Of a stretch of DNA of 64,000 bases, positions 24,213 to 33,659 are shown in pieces. Location: NCBI GenBank assembly GCA_043228905.1, contig JBHGNT010000022.1:4774001-4838000 (forward strand). The letters run 5' to 3'. The position numbers were made by a program, and so were the translations under genes. Every line of letters begins with the position of its first letter. Within the stretch, counting starts at the first letter, position 1. The notes beneath the pieces were generated by a model. That model saw only the letters and a program-made list of their open reading frames with translations, was not told the origin of the DNA and ran no database searches. Origin of the DNA: Azolla caroliniana. Lineage: Eukaryota; Plantae; Polypodiophyta.

Positions 24213-24223
24213 TGGCAACCACG
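24213..24223 (+). promoter_or_regulatory. Primer-binding site TGGCAACCACG (tRNA-Arg(UCG)-like, one G>A change)
   Basis: 6 nt after the LTR. Element A has TGGCGACCACG at the same place. Confidence 0.75.
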
Positions 24224-24259
24224 ATTCCTGCTTTCTCGCAGCGAACGACGGCTTAATGG

Positions 24260-27055
24260 ATGACGAGACCAACGCACGACCTAGTTACAGACCGAGCTCG
24301 ACGCCTCGCCGAACGGCAAAGACGGCGTGAGACTTTCCAGCAAGCAGCGCACGAAATTCGCTCGGATCGTTCGTTCTCCAACGAGATCCGGAGAGTCGCG
24401 GAGGAATCTCTTCGGTTACAGCAAACTCGCGACCAGGACGACGGAAGCGGTCTAAGTAGTCTCCGGGAAACCGAACGCCTCCTCGAGGCGCTGGCAAGCG
24501 GAGAAAACGAGGCAGAAGCCTTTTCAGCCTACGAATCGGATTCCGAAGGGGGATACAGCGTGCACACGAACTACCGGAGCAGCAACGATACCCCCGGCGG
24601 CCCGGAGGACGACGGGTCGGATACCGTGCCGACTCCAGAACCGGAACCGTTCGACCAGGGCTATCCGGAACCGCAAACGGAAGCCGTCAACCCACCAACA
24701 CCGGAAGTGGAAGAAGCAAAGCCACCGACACCAACGAAAGAGCCGGCGAAGGTACCGGAAGAAGAGCCGGTGAAGGAACCGGAAAAAGAACCGGAAGAGG
24801 AACCGGAAAAAGCACCAGCAATAGAACTGGAAGTGGAACCGGAGAGAAAACCGGAAAGATATCAACAGACGCCACTAAACCGCGGCCTAATACTGGACGA
24901 CGACATGCCGTTCCAATACTCAAAGTATCGCGATGATCCGGACGCGGAAGCGCATGTTCATGCCTTCGAGCAGACATGGGAAGCAAATCACGCGTCCCAG
25001 CGATTGACACCGGAGGAAGAAGAACGCTCGAAGATAGCGGAATTCGGGGTCACGTTGGAAGGACCAGCGGCACGATGGCGGCGGACGCAGGACCCGGCGA
25101 CCATCACAACCTTTGCAGAATTAAAAGCAAAATTCTTGCATTTTTTCCACAAGGAGGTCGACCAGACGATAATGGTGGGCCTGTTTTATACGATCCAACA
25201 GGAGGCAGGGGAAAGCATTCCCCAATTCGTCATTCGTTTCCAACGAATGCATAGCCAGCTTGCCCGTGCACCCCCGGAGGAGGAATTACGGACGATATTT
25301 TTAAACGCACTCCGGGAACCGTTACGCACGGTGTGTACGGTGATCGACTTTCGAGGAAGCACCATTGACCAGGTCATTGACCGGGTCAGAGAAATGGAAA
25401 AGTCAAGCTCATGGCTTACACTGGGAGCACTGCAACGGGCGTTACCCACAGATGAAGATCTCCGGTTCCGGCAGGCAATTCAATGCACAATCTGCTTGAA
25501 TGCCGGACACTCGGCAGTGGAGTGCACCATGCGAACCCAGTGTGTGATTTGTCAATCCAAGAGTCATACAACGGACCGGTGCGAGTATAACCTGCTAAAC
25601 CGACAAGCACCACCCGTCCGACGGATCGAGCCAAGAAGCAGCCGAGACGAAGATGAAGATCGTTGGCAAAGAATGAACCGGTACCGACCGGCACAGGATG
25701 TCCGGTACGGAGACAGACAAGAGAATGATGGCCGGTACGGGGATCGGCATGATAACTACGACCGGTATGAGCGATCAGACCGTTATCGGGAGTCCAATAG
25801 ACGACACGAGCAATACGACAGAGACCATTCCCCTGGTTACCGAAGGCACCAGGAGGACTACGGCCGATTTTACGATCCACCACGACAGGACTACCGAAAT
25901 AAAAATAAGAATAATAAGAAACGTAATTTCAAGAAAGGTGGTCACACTAGGGACCCGGAACATGGAACCCCAAGGAGCCAACCGGCACAGAACGCACCAC
26001 TCACTACGGGACCGACTCCGGCTACCAGCAATGCTGAATCCAGCAATACCCGTAAAGAGTACTGCTACTACTGCAGGCAGGAAGGCCACTACAGTAACCA
26101 GTGCCCGGCAAAGAGCTACGATAAACGACCAGTAGTTAATATGGTGGTTCCGGAAGTGGCGGATGTACAGCAAGTAACCACACGGTCGAAAGGCATGGCT
26201 AAAGAGTGGGAAACACAAGAGGCCATACGAAAACAGGCGACGGAATGGGTGAAGGAAGCCAATGAAAGGAACGTCGCGGACGCGGAACGGCAAAAGGCGA
26301 ATACCATAGGGAGTGCCGGCGGTAGCCACGCAGAAAACGAGACATGGCAAGCACTGCAAGAATGTCAGATCACGTTGCCATTAGGAAGACTCTTGCAGCT
26401 CGTGCCGCGATTTACGGAAGGACTAAAAACGGTCATGACAAATGGTATAGCCCCACCGGCACCAGTCCTCTTCTCGAATCCGGAGGAGGGACCGACGGTG
26501 GTGGACACTAGTAGTCCGGTGATTACAGCTATTGTCAAAGGGCACGAACTTCCCGGCACAGTAATCGATGGAGGTTCCGGGGTGAACGTAATAAGCCTCC
26601 GCACGTGTGATGCCTTGGGTATACATGAATGGGAGCCATGTCCGTTCTGGCTACGGATGGCGGATACGAGCTCTGTACGGCCGACGGGCTTAATACGGAA
26701 ATTGGAAGTCACCATAGGAGGTCACACATTTCACATCTCGGCTGTAGTGCTGCAGCTACAGGCGCAAGGCGCGTACCCACTGTTGCTGGGCAGACCATGG
26801 TTGAAAACAGCACACATCAAGCAAAATTGGCGGAAAAATATGATTACCTTCCGGCGCGGAAAAGCCAAGGTCCGGGTACCGACACAACCACGGACGAGCA
26901 ACGGTAAGGAATGCACACCGTTGTATGCGGAATGCGTGAACATGCTTGAAGGGTTGGCAGACGACGAAGAAGCCCAGTACTTGGAGGAACACCCGAAGAT
27001 CGTACCACTCTTCGAGATTGACGTAGCTGAAGCCGTAGCGCCATACTTGCCGTAG
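24260..27055 (+). CDS. gag: Gag-protease of element C (three CCHC zinc knuckles, aspartic protease VIDGGSG)
   Basis: 931-aa ORF with a retrotransposon gag core (LEGPAARW, QQEAGESIPQF). Ends at a TAG that is in frame with pol. Confidence 0.93.
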   Translation: MTRPTHDLVTDRARRLAERQRRRETFQQAAHEIRSDRSFSNEIRRVAEESLRLQQTRDQDDGSGLSSLRETERLLEALASGENEAEAFSAYESDSEGGYSVHTNYRSSNDTPGGPEDDGSDTVPTPEPEPFDQGYPEPQTEAVNPPTPEVEEAKPPTPTKEPAKVPEEEPVKEPEKEPEEEPEKAPAIELEVEPERKPERYQQTPLNRGLILDDDMPFQYSKYRDDPDAEAHVHAFEQTWEANHASQRLTPEEEERSKIAEFGVTLEGPAARWRRTQDPATITTFAELKAKFLHFFHKEVDQTIMVGLFYTIQQEAGESIPQFVIRFQRMHSQLARAPPEEELRTIFLNALREPLRTVCTVIDFRGSTIDQVIDRVREMEKSSSWLTLGALQRALPTDEDLRFRQAIQCTICLNAGHSAVECTMRTQCVICQSKSHTTDRCEYNLLNRQAPPVRRIEPRSSRDEDEDRWQRMNRYRPAQDVRYGDRQENDGRYGDRHDNYDRYERSDRYRESNRRHEQYDRDHSPGYRRHQEDYGRFYDPPRQDYRNKNKNNKKRNFKKGGHTRDPEHGTPRSQPAQNAPLTTGPTPATSNAESSNTRKEYCYYCRQEGHYSNQCPAKSYDKRPVVNMVVPEVADVQQVTTRSKGMAKEWETQEAIRKQATEWVKEANERNVADAERQKANTIGSAGGSHAENETWQALQECQITLPLGRLLQLVPRFTEGLKTVMTNGIAPPAPVLFSNPEEGPTVVDTSSPVITAIVKGHELPGTVIDGGSGVNVISLRTCDALGIHEWEPCPFWLRMADTSSVRPTGLIRKLEVTIGGHTFHISAVVLQLQAQGAYPLLLGRPWLKTAHIKQNWRKNMITFRRGKAKVRVPTQPRTSNGKECTPLYAECVNMLEGLADDEEAQYLEEHPKIVPLFEIDVAEAVAPYLP

Positions 27056-30000
27056 CGGGACGAAACCGAAGCCGAACCAGACAAAGATTCGATTCGGGAA
27101 TTACGGCAAGCACAGGAAGCGTTGGAACGGGAAATGGTCGTTTCCCAACGGGTAAAAACATCCCAGCTTGACGAAGTGAACCTAGGAAGCAAGGACGAAT
27201 CAAAGCCGGTACACATCGCCAAAGAAATGAAGCCGGAAGATAAAGCGGCGATGATCAAACTTCTCACGGAGTTTCGCAACGTATTCGCCTGGTCATACGA
27301 AGACATGCGAGGGCTGGACCCTCAATTATATCAGCATCAGATCCACTTAGGCAAGGACGCGAAACCAGTGGCGCAAAGACGTTACCGAATGAACCCCAAC
27401 TACGCCGCCAAAGTGAAGGAGGAAATCGACAAACTCCTAAGAGTGGGCTTCATCCGGCCAGTAAAGAAAGCAACGTGGCTGAGCCCCATCGTCGTCGTCC
27501 CAAAGAAGAACGGTAAAATCCGTGTGTGTGTAGATTACAGGAAACTAAATTCAGCCACAATTACGGATGCATTCCCTCTTCCGTTCACGGATGGAGTACT
27601 GGATGCCGTCGCCGGCCATGAAGTTTATAGCTTTTTAGACGGGTTCAGCGGATACAATCAAATCCGGATGCACCCTGACGACCAGGAGAAGACAGCGTTC
27701 GTCACCGAATGGGGGGTGTTTGTGGCCGTAGTAATGATGTTCGGACTAAAAACGGCACCAGCAACTTTCCAGCGAATCATCATGGAGATCTTCGGCGAAT
27801 ACATTCCAGCCTTCATGCAGGTTTTCCTGGATGACTTTGCAGTCTATAGCCGGGAAAAAGACCATTTGCAGCACCTACGGTTATGCCTTGAAAAGTGTAG
27901 GTTATACCAGCTAAGCTTAAACCCAGCAAAATGCATCTTTGGGGTTTCAAGTGGAATATTACTGGGACACATTGTAAGTAAGGAGGGCATTGCGGTCGAC
28001 CCGGACAAAGTAAACGCGATACTAGGGGCACCGGCGCCGAAAACGGCCAAAGCACTAAGCCGATTCTTAGGACAGATCCGGTGGCACAGCCGGATGCTCC
28101 GTCACTTGGCTGACTTGGCTACACCATTACACACCGCGGTACATCGGACACCGTTCCAATGGACGGATACGGAGGATAAGGCATACAATGCCCTGAAGGT
28201 ACTTTTGTCGCAAGCACCCGTCGTGCAGCCTCCGGATTGGAGCAAGGAATTTCATGTGTTCGTTGACGCTTCCGACATCGCTATCGGCAGCGCCTTAATG
28301 CAACTTACGGAGCCTAAATGGTACCGGCCGGTATATTACGCCAGCCAGAAGCTGTCCCAAGCGGAGAAGAACTATTCGACGACGGAACGGGAGGCCCTGG
28401 GCATGATCTACAGTGTAACAAAGTTTCGTCATTACCTATTGGGAAGGAAGTTCTCCTTTCATGTGGATCACTCGGCGCTCCTGTACTTAGTGTCCAAGGC
28501 GTCCCTGACCGGTAAGTTGGCCCGTTGGACCTTGTTGTTGCAGGAGTTCGAATTCGAGATCTTCCACCGGCCCGGTATCCAGCATGCCGTAGCAGACTAC
28601 CTGAGCCGGTTAGAGTCCGGAGAATCAGGCGACGGAGTATCGGATGAATTCCCGGACGCAGAGTTATTCCGTATCACCCCGGAAACGGCAGCGGACGACA
28701 CGGTGGCATCAGAAGATAGGTGGCTGACAAACATGCACCAATTCCTAAGCACGGGCCTGCCACCGGAGGGAATGAACCGGGACGAGAGGAAACGACTGGC
28801 GGTGCAGAGCCGCAATTTCTGTCTGTTACGGGGCACTCTCTACCACAAGGGAGCAGATGGAATATGGAGACGGGCAGTCCGTAGTGACGAGAAACAAGTA
28901 ATCTTACGAGAAGCACATTGTGGGGTTGCCGGAGGACACTATGCCGGGGAAGCGACGGCAAGGAAAGTATGGCAGAGCGGCTTATGGTGGCCCACGACGT
29001 TAAAAGACGCCGTCAAGTATGCTAAGGAATGTGACCTATGCCAACGAATGGGCCAGCCTACGGAGCAAGCACGGATGCCACACCAACCGGTACTTCCACT
29101 AGAGCCATTCCAGAAGTGGGGGTTGGATTTTGTCGGACCGTTCAAGCCACCGGCAATGAGAACGGGTAATCGTTATGTCATCGTGGCAACAGATTATTGC
29201 ACTAAATGGGTGGAGGCTAAGGCCTTGAGAGACAACACCGCGTCATCCACAGCAAAATTCCTGTACGAAAACATTTGGTGCCGATATGGATGTCCGATTG
29301 AATTAATCAGCGACCAAGGAGGGCACTTCCTCGGCCAGGTAGTTGAAAGCTTAACAACGTTCTATGCCGTGGTCCATAAACGGAGCACACCGTACTACCC
29401 ACAAGCAAACGGGTTAGCAGAGTCAACCAACAAAACGCTCCAGAACATTCTCCGCAAAATCGTCAATGAAAACCGGACGGACTGGGATACAAAGCTCCAT
29501 AGCGCGCTATGGGCGTACCGAACAACATACAAAACAAGTATCCGGACAACGCCGTTCCGGTTAGCGTTCGGCTTAGAGGTGGTCATGCCGATGGAATTTC
29601 AGGTACCAAGCTTACGGATCCAACTACGGGAACGGCTGAATGAAAAGGAGTCGGAGGAAATGCGGCTAGCAGCACTATGCGAACTGGAGGAGCAACGGCT
29701 GGCCAGCATCCTACACATGGAACTGGAGCAACGACGACGGAAAGCGTTCGTTGACCGTCACCGGAAAGGTAATGAAAAGATGTTCGAAATCGGAAAGCCG
29801 GTGCTAGTATTCCAAACGAGGATGGGCAAGATGCCGGGTAAACTCCAGTTTAGATGGACAGGCCCGTATTGGCTGACACGGGAATACAACGGGTCCTATC
29901 AGTTAGGGACACTTGCCGGTGAAGTGCTAGGCAAGTGGGTCAATGGATTTAGACTAAAGCCCTATAAAGGACCGATGCCAAATAACCCGTTTATGCAGCC

Positions 30001-30130
30001 CACCGGCACTATACCGGGAACGGTACGGAGGGAAGAAAAAGACGACGGGGAACCCGTAGCAGAGGCGAAGGAAGACACGGCAACCCGTAAGGAAAACGGT
30101 AAGGGTTCGAAGGGACCTACGGATGTGTAA
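27056..30130 (+). CDS. pol: Pol (RT, RNase H, integrase with GPY module) of element C; same frame as gag, separated by one TAG
   Basis: RT FLDGFSGYNQI and VFLDD, RNase H D-E-D-D residues intact, integrase HHCC plus D-D-E core. No chromodomain and no archaeal-type RNase H seen. Confidence 0.96.
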   Translation, partial: RDETEAEPDKDSIRELRQAQEALEREMVVSQRVKTSQLDEVNLGSKDESKPVHIAKEMKPEDKAAMIKLLTEFRNVFAWSYEDMRGLDPQLYQHQIHLGKDAKPVAQRRYRMNPNYAAKVKEEIDKLLRVGFIRPVKKATWLSPIVVVPKKNGKIRVCVDYRKLNSATITDAFPLPFTDGVLDAVAGHEVYSFLDGFSGYNQIRMHPDDQEKTAFVTEWGVFVAVVMMFGLKTAPATFQRIIMEIFGEYIPAFMQVFLDDFAVYSREKDHLQHLRLCLEKCRLYQLSLNPAKCIFGVSSGILLGHIVSKEGIAVDPDKVNAILGAPAPKTAKALSRFLGQIRWHSRMLRHLADLATPLHTAVHRTPFQWTDTEDKAYNALKVLLSQAPVVQPPDWSKEFHVFVDASDIAIGSALMQLTEPKWYRPVYYASQKLSQAEKNYSTTEREALGMIYSVTKFRHYLLGRKFSFHVDHSALLYLVSKASLTGKLARWTLLLQEFEFEIFHRPGIQHAVADYLSRLESGESGDGVSDEFPDAELFRITPETAADDTVASEDRWLTNMHQFLSTGLPPEGMNRDERKRLAVQSRNFCLLRGTLYHKGADGIWRRAVRSDEKQVILREAHCGVAGGHYAGEATARKVWQSGLWWPTTLKDAVKYAKECDLCQRMGQPTEQARMPHQPVLPLEPFQKWGLDFVGPFKPPAMRTGNRYVIVATDYCTKWVEAKALRDNTASSTAKFLYENIWCRYGCPIELISDQGGHFLGQVVESLTTFYAVVHKRSTPYYPQANGLAESTNKTLQNILRKIVNENRTDWDTKLHSALWAYRTTYKTSIRTTPFRLAFGLEVVMPMEFQVPSLRIQLRERLNEKESEEMRLAALCELEEQRLASILHMELEQRRRKAFVDRHRKGNEKMFEIGKPVLVFQTRMGKMPGKLQFRWTGPYWLTREYNGSYQLGTLAGEVLGKWVNGFRLKPYKGPMPNNPFMQPTGTIPGTVRREEKDDGEPVAEAKEDTATRKENGKGSKGPTDV

Positions 30131-30518
30131 GATCACATACAGTCATTTATAAAAATAAAAAAATAAAAATAAATAAAAATAAAAAAAGAAATCATTAAAA
30201 ATCGAGGTATGAACGGACGTGAAAGCAAGGAGCGAAAAGGTACGTAGTGGGCATTTAAGAGCCGCCACATTACTTAATACTAAATTGGTACACGACGTGC
30301 GCATGCTCGAAAAAGGCGCCAAGACGCACAGAGAAAAAGCAGAACGCATGGAGACCTTTTCATTTCGCGAGCCAAGAAGCACAGAAGCACCAAGGCGGTT
30401 GAAGCTTAGCAAACGCGAACCTGCACTCAGAGAACCCCCACGTTCGGAACTCTCTCTCTCTCGCTCTCACTCTCATCACCACTCTACCTCGCCATCTTTC
30501 CTCAACCTCGAAGCAGAC

Positions 30519-33188
30519 ATGGACCCACAAACGCTGTCGGAAGCGGCCAGGAAATGGCTCAGGCAACACGGACTAGATGGGTTCTTGACCATCATGGAGG
30601 CACCACCGCACAAAGAAGCCGACCGGGTCATCAAGGAGCTCGACACAGAAGTCATCACCGAGGAAGCGATCCGTGCGCTAACAGGCCTTCCGGAGGGAGG
30701 TATTTTTCAGATTGATAACCCAACCTCGGAGCAACTCATCCGATATTTCGGTGAGTACTCTCTAGCCGGCAAAGGCTATCGAACGCAGGGCGGCGAAGAT
30801 CCGCTATTCAGGGAGATAGCTCGAGTGCTCCATGAGTACGGCCACGTGTACCCCTGACCCCCTGTCATGCCAAAAAATCGGGCAGGGATGATCATAGCCA
30901 CCTATGAAGGGATCAAGGTGGATTGGCCGGTGTTGATTGCAGACGGTTTGTGCGCGGCAATCGACATGGTACGAGGAAAGGACGGCAAGGAGGGCCGGAA
31001 GCTGTGGCATGCCGTAGCTCAGTGGATAACATTGCTCGCGCCGCCAGTCGAGACCGTCCAGCCAAAGAAGCGGCCAAGATTATCGGAAGGAAGCACCTCG
31101 AAACCCGCGTCCAAACGACAGCAGCTGCTGGCGTCGAAGGCGACGAAAGGGAAGAAACGGCTCCCAGAACCGAAGGAGGTGTCACCGGTCCGACCCGTTA
31201 AGATAACCATACGGCGACCGGGACAGAAGGAACTGGAACCCTTGACGGCACAGATACATGCCGTTACCCAGGAAGAGGAAACAGAGGAGCCAGTAGAGCA
31301 CCTCCAACGACGGTCAAGAAGTAGGACCGTCGGGACAGCGGGGGAGCGTTCGGACCCGCAAAAGGAAGAAACGCCCCCAACTCAACCTGAGCAAACCACA
31401 AGGGAGGAACCGGAACCGGTGCGTATAGAACCGGCCTTGTCGACTTCTATACAAGAAGTCATTCCAACGGCTCCGGAGACGGCGAGAACCGGAACTCAAC
31501 AGCCGGCGAGCCCAGCCAGCACACACAGCGGCCAAGGAGTAGAACCAGAACAGCAGATACAGGCACTCAGGCCAGACAATTCCACAGTGAACGAGCCGAC
31601 CCGACCAGTACAGCAGCAAGGCACCAGTAGCATGTGGCTACGGTGGGTAGGCGAGCAGATCGCCGGAGCGGTCGAGTACATAGAGGCGGAGGAGAGAGCG
31701 CACCACGAACGGTTGCTCGTCACAACCGTAGATCTAGAGACGGCCCGGTCCAGAATCCGGAGCCTTGAACAAGACTTGGACAGGGTCACAAGGGAAATGG
31801 CTCAATTGGCTTTGACAACACAAGTCCAAGCACCGGTGACTACGGGCAATGTACAGAATAAAGCGTCAGATCAACCTGTACATAGCAATCAGACCCCGGC
31901 AACGGAAACCGTTCCGGAGAGAAATGCGGCACAAGCCCAAGAGCTTGCGGACTTAAAGGATGAGCTAGCTGCCCAAGAAGCGCTGAGGAGCCGCGAAAGA
32001 GAGTTGAAGACGGCAGCGGAGGCAGAACTCAAAAAGACTACTGAGAATCTACGCTGGGCCGAGGAGAGCTTACGAAAAGGCCACCAAGCGTATGACCGGC
32101 TCAAGGAGGAGAAGGAGAAAATGCTGCAAGAGAAGGACAGGCTCCGGAGAAACGCCAAAACAGAAGTAGAGCGCCTGAAAGAGGAACTCCGGCAGCTAAA
32201 GGACCGGGAGGACCGGAACCATCGCCAGATCAACGGCAAGCTCAAACAAAAAACGGAGGAATTTGAGCACTTGCACCGGGAGTATAAACGGTTGCAAACG
32301 GAGCACAAGGAACGGACGGATGAGCTCCGGCAAGCAGTTGATCGGACCGCAACGGCATACGCTAATGAACAAGCGGAAACCAGAAGACGGTTGGAAGAGG
32401 CGGAGAAGGTTCGGACAGAGCTCCTCAGGCAACAGCAGGCGGAAAGAGAAAGAGCGGCGGAGGTACTGCAGAGGCTGCAAACAACATATCAAGGGCAGTT
32501 GACGCGCTACAGAGAGCAGGCGGAGGATACGGCTAATCTCATCAAGCAGTTGAAGGAGGAACGACAAGTTGTGGAAAGTAGAGCGCAAATGGGAGCAAGT
32601 CGCATCCAGGATATCATGCGGGCCTGGTTGAACCAGACCAAGAGCTTGATTGACAACGGTTCCGTCAAATGGTGGACCAAGTGGGCCCCGAACGCGGCGG
32701 AACTCCAATTGCTCCGGGCCGACGTAGAGAACCGGCGGAAGGAGGGAGATGATTGCTATATGCTGACTTCCGAAGACTTCACCGGCATAAGAGATGAGCT
32801 GGCCGAAGACTTTCAAGCCTTGGCAGAGGACCAACTAGGGCAAGTCCGGCAACTTGTAGCTCAGCTGGACGACGACAGGCTGGAGGCGCAGATCCAGTTT
32901 GAAAGCTACGAGAGGTCCCGGATCCGAGAAGAGAAAGCACGAGAACCAGTAACGGTCAACCTCAGTGATGAGGAACCGTTACTGGAAGGAGACCGGACCG
33001 GAAGCAGTCAAACGGGGATGTCGGAGTCAGAGAAACAAACGGAGCAGCCGCCTATAGAACAGCCGGAGCAGTCTCAGTCCCAACCGCAACCACAGCAGCA
33101 GCAGCAAGCACAGCCGCAACAACCACAACCGGAAGAACAATTGGAAACTCTAGAACAAAGTATTTTGGACAATTTGGGTGAACAATGA
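30519..33188 (+). CDS. ORF3 of element C (~890 aa, one internal TGA at 30855): globular N-terminal domain plus long coiled coil
   Basis: ORFs 30219-30857 and 30867-33188 are in one frame. Element A has CGA (Arg) at the TGA. The ATG at 30519 is conserved in A. Confidence 0.85.
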
Positions 33189-33200
33189 AGGGGCCGAGAA

Positions 33201-33240
33201 GGGTTCGACGTACAAGGTACTGTCCCACGGGCGTGCCATG
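33201..33240 (+). promoter_or_regulatory. tRNA-Arg(UCU)-like 3' end with CCA in place of a polypurine tract
   Basis: GGGTTC-GACGTACAAGGTACT-GTCCCACGGGCGTGCCA-TG|3' LTR. No purine tract abuts the LTR. Confidence 0.85.
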
Positions 33241-33659
33241 TGTTACCGGCCGGCAAGGAGTCCAAAATACGGAGTGAAGGAATTAATTAAGTATGGTTGT
33301 AAATAAGCATAGTATGGACGGACGGACTGGAAACGGTATGCCGTTCCAGATCCGGACGGATCCCGAATAGGTGCGATAGGCACCGTTTTGTACTACGGGC
33401 CGGAAACCTATTTAAAGGCCCGGACCCCATTGTAATCGCAGCGGATAATTAATAGAGCGTATGGTGTTTATACTTCTGTGTTGATTTCCGTTCTGTACTT
33501 ACTGTTATATCTTACGCGTGTAATTAACAAAAGCGCTCTAATCGTGTAACCTACTTAGGTCGGTGTAATCGTTGAGTCATAATCCTATGCCGTAATCACC
33601 CTTTGGTGAAGTGTCTCCGTGACACCTTGTGTTAGGCCTTGTCCGGTCAGAGAACAACA
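33241..33659 (+). repeat. 3' LTR of element C
   Basis: Direct repeat of 23788-24206. Confidence 0.98.

Larger units (their letters stand above)
23788..33659 (+). mobile_element. Near-intact, young non-chromovirus Ty3/Gypsy element C (Athila/Selgy-like pol, extra 3' ORF)
   Basis: Two 419-bp LTRs, GTGAG TSD (23783-23787 / 33660-33664), PBS, gag-pro-pol and ORF3. Confidence 0.98.

Noticed and set aside
27053-27055. Programmed stop-codon readthrough between gag-pro and pol (in-frame TAG-CGG)
   Set aside because: Element A has CAA (Gln) at the aligned codon, so a C>T nonsense mutation of CAG is more parsimonious.
30855-30857. ORF3 as two separate genes or a TGA readthrough
   Set aside because: Element A has CGA here and its own stop elsewhere, which fits CpG decay in a single ORF.
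33188-33203. AAGGGGCCGAGAAGGG as the PPT of element C
   Set aside because: It is interrupted, lies ~37 nt from the LTR (a PPT should abut it within a few nt) and has no counterpart in the second copy at 10746 onward. Not fully excluded without cDNA mapping.
33160-33240. A real tRNA gene or tRNA-derived SINE
   Set aside because: No 5' half, D-arm, anticodon arm or A-box. Upstream sequence is ORF3 coding. CCA is encoded and the position is fixed relative to the LTR.
24285-33265. Numerous antisense and alternate-frame ORFs inside element C (and A)
   Set aside because: Shadow ORFs of GC-rich coding sequence with no independent domain evidence.
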